From the IMG/VR virus record IMGVR_UViG_3300016469_000321: a stretch of 20,000 bases of DNA. The stretch is one strand, 5' to 3'. Origin of the DNA: an uncultured virus (IMG/VR IMGVR_UViG_3300016469_000321). Taxonomy: Duplodnaviria; Heunggongvirae; Uroviricota; Caudoviricetes. How positions within the stretch are numbered: position 1 is the stretch's first letter; every line of letters starts with the position of its first letter. Position numbers and translations under genes: made by a program. Positions 14,958 to 20,000 of the stretch are shown here, piece after piece. The notes beneath the pieces are model-generated. The model worked only from the letters and a program-made list of their open reading frames with translations. It did not search any database and had not been told where the DNA came from.

Positions 14958-15236
14958 CTACGGTGTTGCGAGGGCCGCGTCGAGGGCCGCGACCTGTGCC
15001 GATGACAGAGATCCTCGCTCTGCGTCGAGTGCCATCAGCACGGCCTTCTCCTCGGTGTCGGCGAGAGGATAGCGGCGCAGCGCATCGGGTGCCGACTCAC
15101 GCCACACGGCCCATCCGGCCACCGCCGACGACGCCGGCGTGTCCTGCCCTTCGCGGGAGGTCACGTCCCAGACGAGGGCGACGTAGGCGTAGGGGTCGCC
15201 GACGATGGTGCGAAGCAGGGCGAGGTCGAGTGTCAT
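14958..15236 (-). CDS. Hypothetical protein, 92 aa
   Basis: AGGA RBS, operon packing. Confidence 0.65.
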   Translation of the reverse strand: MTLDLALLRTIVGDPYAYVALVWDVTSREGQDTPASSAVAGWAVWRESAPDALRRYPLADTEEKAVLMALDAERGSLSSAQVAALDAALATP

Positions 15237-15246
15237 GTCGTGTGTC

Positions 15247-16224
15247 CTATGGCAGATAGCCGACGCGCAGGAAGCCCGCCGCCCATCGGTTCGCGTTCGT
15301 CCTGGTGACGCACTGGAAGCCGGCGCGCAGTAGAACGCTGCTGCGCGGGAGCGTAGTATTGATCGTGCCGCTCTTGAGCAGCGTCGTCTTCGGATAGTTC
15401 CAAACCTCGTAGTACATCGCCGTCCCGGCGGTGTTCACTTCGACGCTGACATAGAGGTCGGTCGGCGTCGTGAAGCTGGCCGAGCCCACCGTGGTATCCG
15501 TCACCGTCTGCGCGGTGCCGTTCGCCGTCACGATCTTGAGGGTCGTGTCACTGGCCGACGTGGAGTACCGGAGGAGCAGACAGTCCGCGATCACGCCGTC
15601 CGTCAGAGCCGTCGTCCACGCCCCCGAGGACTGTAGTCCCCACCATGCCGAGATGCTCGAGGCGTTGTTTATGCGCAGGATGCAGTCGAGATACGGCGTG
15701 CTGGTGATCGCAGCGCGGTCGGCCTTTGCGCCGTAGCACGCGACGTTTGCGGTGACGTTGCTGGTCTGGACGTAGTAGCCGCCCGTCTGCGTCGTGTTGT
15801 TTGTGCCGGCGCCGACGTTGTCGAGATCGCCAGCCACCGCGCCCTCGACGTTCGGAAAGTTACCTCCACCGAACGTGCGCGCCTGAGAGCCCGACAAGAC
15901 GAGCGCGTAGCCGATGCCCCACCGAGGCACCCACTTGATGTTCCCTAGCGGATCGTAGCCGAGGATGTAGGTGCCATCGTTGCGGTACGGTGCTGGCAGG
16001 CCGGAGATCGAGGTCACCGTCCCGCTCGGTCCCTTGATATTCGCCGTTACCGCCCACGACCCGCTTGACTTCGTGTAGACATCGCCAGTGGCGTCGTCGA
16101 GGTAGTAGTCGCCGTCCGCGCCGAGGCCCGCGGCGGGGGCACCCGTTCCATCGTACCACGCGGCCCCGCTACCGCCTCCACCTCCGCTGCCGGCCGGCGG
16201 GGTCGGGAATACCTGCGTACTCAC
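15247..16224 (-). CDS. Putative tail-fibre / receptor-binding protein
   Basis: N-terminal GTGAP....GADGDYYLD..TGDVY.K..GSW....NIKGP.G segment typical of phage fibre proteins, then a beta-rich domain. Confidence 0.65.
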   Translation of the reverse strand: MSTQVFPTPPAGSGGGGGSGAAWYDGTGAPAAGLGADGDYYLDDATGDVYTKSSGSWAVTANIKGPSGTVTSISGLPAPYRNDGTYILGYDPLGNIKWVPRWGIGYALVLSGSQARTFGGGNFPNVEGAVAGDLDNVGAGTNNTTQTGGYYVQTSNVTANVACYGAKADRAAITSTPYLDCILRINNASSISAWWGLQSSGAWTTALTDGVIADCLLLRYSTSASDTTLKIVTANGTAQTVTDTTVGSASFTTPTDLYVSVEVNTAGTAMYYEVWNYPKTTLLKSGTINTTLPRSSVLLRAGFQCVTRTNANRWAAGFLRVGYLP

Positions 16225-16451
16225 TCAGCCCTCCAGGGGGCATGCGGACCGGCCACAAGGAACGCGCCGAATGGCGGCCACTCGGTCTGTGGCACGCCCC
16301 AGCAGACAGGCACCCGCGCGCCGTTGTCCATGTAGACACCGAGCGTCGAGTCCCATCCGTTCAGCACCCACACCTGTCCCGCACACGCCGGGGGCGGGTT
16401 CGCAGGATCGGGCGTCGGGGCAGCGGTGCCGTAGAGCGTCCAGAAGTCCAT
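16221..16451 (-). CDS. Hypothetical Pro/Trp-rich protein, 76 aa
   Basis: Exactly fills the gap between the SGNH gene and the fibre gene, with GTGA coupling. Confidence 0.6.
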   Translation of the reverse strand: MDFWTLYGTAAPTPDPANPPPACAGQVWVLNGWDSTLGVYMDNGARVPVCWGVPQTEWPPFGAFLVAGPHAPWRAE

Positions 16452-16452
16452 G

Positions 16453-17094
16453 TCAGTACCCCGCAGCGGTGAGAGCCGAGGCCCAGGTCGCAGCGATCAC
16501 GCCGTAACCGTAGTCGTTCGGGTGGGTGTCATCGAACATCCACTCCGTCGTCCAGTTCACGTTGGCCTTGATCGCCGCGTAGACATCGACGATTGTGATG
16601 AGAGAAGCGTCACTTCTCCCCGCAATCTGCGTGACAAACGCGCTGTTCTGTGCTACAATCAAGGCATCGACGGCTGCGTTCCTGCTGGGGCAGATCTTCG
16701 CAAAGAAGACGCGCCCGGAGGGGTTCGCCGCGCGCAGGCTGTCCAGCATGATGGTCAGGTTGGCTTGGCTCGTGGCGAGCGTCGGCGTTCCGCCGCTGTT
16801 GCGCTGCGTGGCATCGTTCGTGCCGACGTGCAGAAGCGCGACATCCCACGACCACTGGACCGCGTCACGCGCGACTTCCGGGTTGATCTGGTCGATGCGG
16901 AAGCCGGCGGCCCCGACCCACTTGTTCTCGCCGCCGAACAAGCTGAGCGTGTTGGTGCCGCGCGTCTCCATCTGCGTGTTGTACGGCAGTTTGGTGGAGA
17001 GCAACTGGCCGCGGTAGCCGCCGTAGTTGGTCGCGCTCCCGGTGGTGCCGCCGGTGATGCTGTCGCCGACGAACATGACCTTGAGACGGTTCAC
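16453..17094 (-). CDS. SGNH/GDSL hydrolase (esterase/deacetylase)
   Basis: Block I VGDSIT, block II G, block III VGTND, block V DDTHPN. Confidence 0.9.
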   Translation of the reverse strand: MNRLKVMFVGDSITGGTTGSATNYGGYRGQLLSTKLPYNTQMETRGTNTLSLFGGENKWVGAAGFRIDQINPEVARDAVQWSWDVALLHVGTNDATQRNSGGTPTLATSQANLTIMLDSLRAANPSGRVFFAKICPSRNAAVDALIVAQNSAFVTQIAGRSDASLITIVDVYAAIKANVNWTTEWMFDDTHPNDYGYGVIAATWASALTAAGY

Positions 17095-18047
17095 TGCGCC
17101 ACCCCCGCCACGAAGATGTCGATGGTGCCCGCCGTGCCGGGGAGGCCCGTCAGGCCGCCGCCCGCACCCGCGCCGCCGAGGCCACCCGACACGCGCATCG
17201 TGCCCTGCGTGACGAGCTCCTCATCGACGATGATGTGGATCACGCCGCCAGGGCCGCCGCCTCCACCGCCCGCCTTGCCGACGGCGGTGCCCGTGATTGT
17301 GCCAGCCGCGCCATTCGAGCCGATGGCCTCAATGGTTCCCTGGTTGTCGAGGGTGCCGCAGCGGAACGCGAGGATGCCGCCTCCTGCTCCACCGCCACCG
17401 CCCGTGATCGTTCCGGTGCCGGAGGTGAACTCGACGCCGCCTCCTCCACCGCCGCCTCCGCACGAGGCGAGCGCGAACGAGGAGCCGGAGCCCGTCGGCG
17501 GAACCTTCCAGCCGGTCGAGCCCATGAAGATGGTGCGCCACAGCTTGAACTGCGTGGCCGCGAGCATGGCCGAAGCGTTTCCGGCACCACCGGCTCCCGC
17601 TCCGCCCGCGCCACCTGAGCCGCCAACGCCACCGACGTTGTTACCGCCGGAACCGCCGCCCGCAGAGCCACCTGTGCTTCCCACCGAGGTGGTCCGCGAG
17701 GCGCCGTTGCCGCCGGCTCCGATGGAGAAGCCGAGGTAGCCGCGCGTGGTGACGATGGCACCGCCTGTGCCACCCGACGGCGCGTTGCCGTTCATGGAGA
17801 TGGTGCCGTAGTTGTTCACGCGCTTGGCGTAGATGATGTAGCCATCCATGATGAGGCGCACGCCAGCGCGCACCGTGACCGTGTCGGCCACGATGTTCTG
17901 GTTGAGCGTGTAGACGTTCGCCGCAGGGATGATTCCCAACACGGTCGCCGTACCGTTGAAGTCGGGCGAACCGTCGGACAGGTCCGACCCATACTGCGCG
18001 AATGTCGCGCTCGACGACGGCAGCGTAGGGTAGACCTGTGTACTCAC
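17091..18047 (-). CDS. Glycine-rich putative virion fibre protein
   Basis: Repeated poly-Gly tracts (GGGGGGAGGG) alternating with short beta strands; GTGA coupling at both ends. Confidence 0.65.
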   Translation of the reverse strand: MSTQVYPTLPSSSATFAQYGSDLSDGSPDFNGTATVLGIIPAANVYTLNQNIVADTVTVRAGVRLIMDGYIIYAKRVNNYGTISMNGNAPSGGTGGAIVTTRGYLGFSIGAGGNGASRTTSVGSTGGSAGGGSGGNNVGGVGGSGGAGGAGAGGAGNASAMLAATQFKLWRTIFMGSTGWKVPPTGSGSSFALASCGGGGGGGGVEFTSGTGTITGGGGGAGGGILAFRCGTLDNQGTIEAIGSNGAAGTITGTAVGKAGGGGGGPGGVIHIIVDEELVTQGTMRVSGGLGGAGAGGGLTGLPGTAGTIDIFVAGVAQ

Positions 18048-18448
18048 CCTACCACCTCGTAGACCACATCATAGGCGAAGGCGTTGTCGGCTCCTGCGTT
18101 CGGGCCGGGCTCAAGGTAGAACTGGCCCGAGGTGTCCGTGTTGAACACGACACCGGAGCACGCCACGTCGAACAGCGCCGCGACTGCCGTGCTGCTGCCT
18201 TCAAACTCCATGTCGATGGACCCCGCAGCGCCCGCCACCGCGCTGTAGAGTCGAGGCGTGAACGATGCCGCCGCGCCCGCCGTCCAGTCGATCTTGATGC
18301 GGAGGACGTTCACGGTGGCGACGCCGCCACCTACGTCAATGGCGAGCCGCGTGGTAGAGCCGTAGTTCGTCAGCGTCCCCGCCGCGATCTTCACGTTGCC
18401 GATGGAGGTGCAGCTCGTCGAGCCGCCGGAGCCGGAACCGCAGGACAT
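18044..18448 (-). CDS. Hypothetical (probable virion) protein, 134 aa
   Basis: Operon packing, beta-rich composition. Confidence 0.65.
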   Translation of the reverse strand: MSCGSGSGGSTSCTSIGNVKIAAGTLTNYGSTTRLAIDVGGGVATVNVLRIKIDWTAGAAASFTPRLYSAVAGAAGSIDMEFEGSSTAVAALFDVACSGVVFNTDTSGQFYLEPGPNAGADNAFAYDVVYEVVG

Positions 18449-18451
18449 GGG

Positions 18452-18712
18452 CTACCTTCCCTTGATGAGGATGTTCTCGATGCGCGCGAGCCGGGCGTCC
18501 ATCTGCTCCATCTGAGCCTTCAGGGCCGCGACGTCTTCCTTGACGCTGTCCAGCTCGTTGCAGTTGGCCGCGGCGGCGGCCGTCTCAGCACCCTGTGCCT
18601 GCTGCCACGTCAACCAGCCACCGCCGCCAGCGAGGCTAAGCGCCAAGACCCACGCCGGGATCTGAATGGGCTTGCTGATGTTGATCGTTCCTTCGCCGGC
18701 CGAAGCAGACAT
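18452..18712 (-). CDS. Small membrane protein with coiled coil (possibly holin/XhlA-like)
   Basis: IPAWVLALSLAGGGGWLTW hydrophobic stretch plus heptads; TGATG overlap with upstream stop and AAGGAG RBS. Confidence 0.6.
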   Translation of the reverse strand: MSASAGEGTINISKPIQIPAWVLALSLAGGGGWLTWQQAQGAETAAAAANCNELDSVKEDVAALKAQMEQMDARLARIENILIKGR

Positions 18713-19137
18713 CAGGACTCCTTCATCACCGGGCCGCCGGTGATCCATGCGTCACAGGTGCGCTTCGCCGCACAGGCGAAGTCGAACGCCGCGCAGAACC
18801 CGATCTGCCCAGCGATCATCACTTCCTCCGCGTCCGCGCGGATCCCGCCCTCGATGCACTTGAGCATCTTCGGCGTGATGATGAACTTGGCGCAGTTGCC
18901 GCACAGCATCTTCTTGATGCCCGCCTCGTCGGCGTTCATGCGCTCGGCCTTCTGCATCCAGTAGTCGCCCGGCTCCTGCGGATTGGCGGGGCCGTAGTTG
19001 GCGCTGTCGATGGCCTTCTGCCGGTTGGCGAGGTTCATCTCGACGCTCTGCGTCGCCGCAGGACACGCCTCGCCTTCCTCGGAAACGGCGTCCGCCTTCA
19101 TGGCGCGCATGGCGCTGTAGTAGTCCTGCTCGGCCAT
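18712..19137 (-). CDS. Cys-rich protein with HiPIP-like (putative Fe-S) motif
   Basis: CGNCAKF...C...GFCAAFDFACAAKRTCDAW; TGATG coupling. Confidence 0.6.
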   Translation of the reverse strand: MAEQDYYSAMRAMKADAVSEEGEACPAATQSVEMNLANRQKAIDSANYGPANPQEPGDYWMQKAERMNADEAGIKKMLCGNCAKFIITPKMLKCIEGGIRADAEEVMIAGQIGFCAAFDFACAAKRTCDAWITGGPVMKES

Positions 19138-19730
19138 CAGTTCGCCCGGCCCGCGTCGATCTCGACCATGAGCTCAGAGCCGGCCGTGGCGGCATCGGTC
19201 TGAAGCAGCACGGAGAGCGTGTTGCCGGCCGCCGGCGTCGTCACCTCAAACTCAAACACGATGACGATGCTCTCGCCGGGGACGAACGTCTGATTGGGGA
19301 CGCTCACCGTGATGTTGTTCTCGGTGTAGGTCGCGCCGCCGCCGACATCGAGCGCGCGTGGGATACCGGATCCCTTCACCAGGCCCGCGATGCTCGACAC
19401 GTTGCCGCTAGTGTCCTTGCGGCGCACGTCCATGTTCATCCGGCCCCGCGCACCGGCGGGGGCCGCAGCGACCTGCTGCCATCGGACACGCGCGCGGATC
19501 TGACCGGCGAACGACACGTTGTAGGCGCAGCGGAGACTGTAGAAGTAGGAGAACTTGATGCCCGTCGCCGTGGTGTCCACCGTGGCGATGGTCGACGAGG
19601 TCAGCGTCGGCACCTTGTTGAGCGCCGCGCCGGGAATGAGAACGCCATCGGTGTAGGCCGTGGCCGCGACCGCCGTAGACGACGGAGCCGCGTACCAGCC
19701 ACCGCTGAACATGTTCGCTACGTCAGCCAT
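19137..19730 (-). CDS. Hypothetical (probable virion) protein, 197 aa
   Basis: GAGAGG RBS, beta-rich Thr/Ala/Val composition. Confidence 0.65.
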   Translation of the reverse strand: MADVANMFSGGWYAAPSSTAVAATAYTDGVLIPGAALNKVPTLTSSTIATVDTTATGIKFSYFYSLRCAYNVSFAGQIRARVRWQQVAAAPAGARGRMNMDVRRKDTSGNVSSIAGLVKGSGIPRALDVGGGATYTENNITVSVPNQTFVPGESIVIVFEFEVTTPAAGNTLSVLLQTDAATAGSELMVEIDAGRAN

Positions 19731-19735
19731 GCAGA

Positions 19736-19772
19736 CCTCTCTCGCGCCTACGCTATCACAACGCGAGAGAGG
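19736..19772 (-). promoter_or_regulatory. 11-bp hairpin occluding an RBS, with TTGTGATAGC motif in the loop
   Basis: CCTCTCTCGCG-ttgtgatagcgtagg-CGCGAGAGAGG-tctgc-ATG on the minus strand. Confidence 0.65.
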
Positions 19773-19792
19773 ACGCTATCAGCGAGCAGAAA

Positions 19793-20000
19793 CTATGCGC
19801 GCCAGTGCAGACGAAGGTTGCCGTTGGCCGTGCCCGCGTTAAGCTTGATCACGACGTAGACAGTCCCACGCACCTCGGCGGCAAGCGCCTGGTAGTGGTA
19901 GTCGAGGTCGATGCACGAGATCGTTGCGCCGTCGCTGGCAGTCGTGAAGCCGAACTGCACGGACGAAGTCTGCTCTGCGACGTCGCGCGCGAGGAAGAAC
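19793..20000 (-). CDS. 3' end of a hypothetical protein (...TVYVVIKLNAGTANGNLRLHWRA*)
   Basis: Translated by hand: open frame from 19999 to TAG at 19795-19793, coding-like codon usage; not in the ORF track because it has no start in the window. Confidence 0.65.
   Translation of the reverse strand, partial: FFLARDVAEQTSSVQFGFTTASDGATISCIDLDYHYQALAAEVRGTVYVVIKLNAGTANGNLRLHWRA

Noticed and set aside
12524..17739. Plus-strand ORFs 12524-14017 and 16450-17739 (Pro-rich)
   Set aside because: Antisense to structural genes; the poly-Pro tracts mirror poly-Gly codons

Overview
GC-rich segment of a tailed dsDNA phage or prophage genome with three blocks. (1) 1-8600, minus strand, a replication/recombination module: family-A DNA polymerase with an N-terminal family-4 UDG-like domain, SSB-like protein, AAA_24/Sak4-like ATPase, Cas4-like PD-(D/E)XK exonuclease and SNF2-type helicase. 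A terminator-insulated cassette (Dps/ferritin-like gene plus a hypothetical gene) interrupts it. (2) 8722-11792, plus strand, divergently transcribed: Cro/CI-type HTH, HNH endonuclease, C5 cytosine methyltransferase and a four-HTH protein. (3) 11761-20000, minus strand, the distal end of a virion/lysis operon: M15 peptidase endolysin, fibre-like proteins, SGNH esterase, membrane proteins and a HiPIP-like Cys protein. Most notable: a second protein nested in the +1 frame of the methyltransferase, resembling the M.EcoHK31I beta subunit; an apparently modular target-recognition region in the same enzyme, with one cassette bounded by a 31-bp direct repeat; a UDG-PolA with a substituted steric-gate residue and altered uracil pocket; and a putative phage-specific promoter (TTGTGATAGC), one copy lying in the loop of an RBS-occluding hairpin. 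All protein calls come from motif recognition by eye; no database searches were run.
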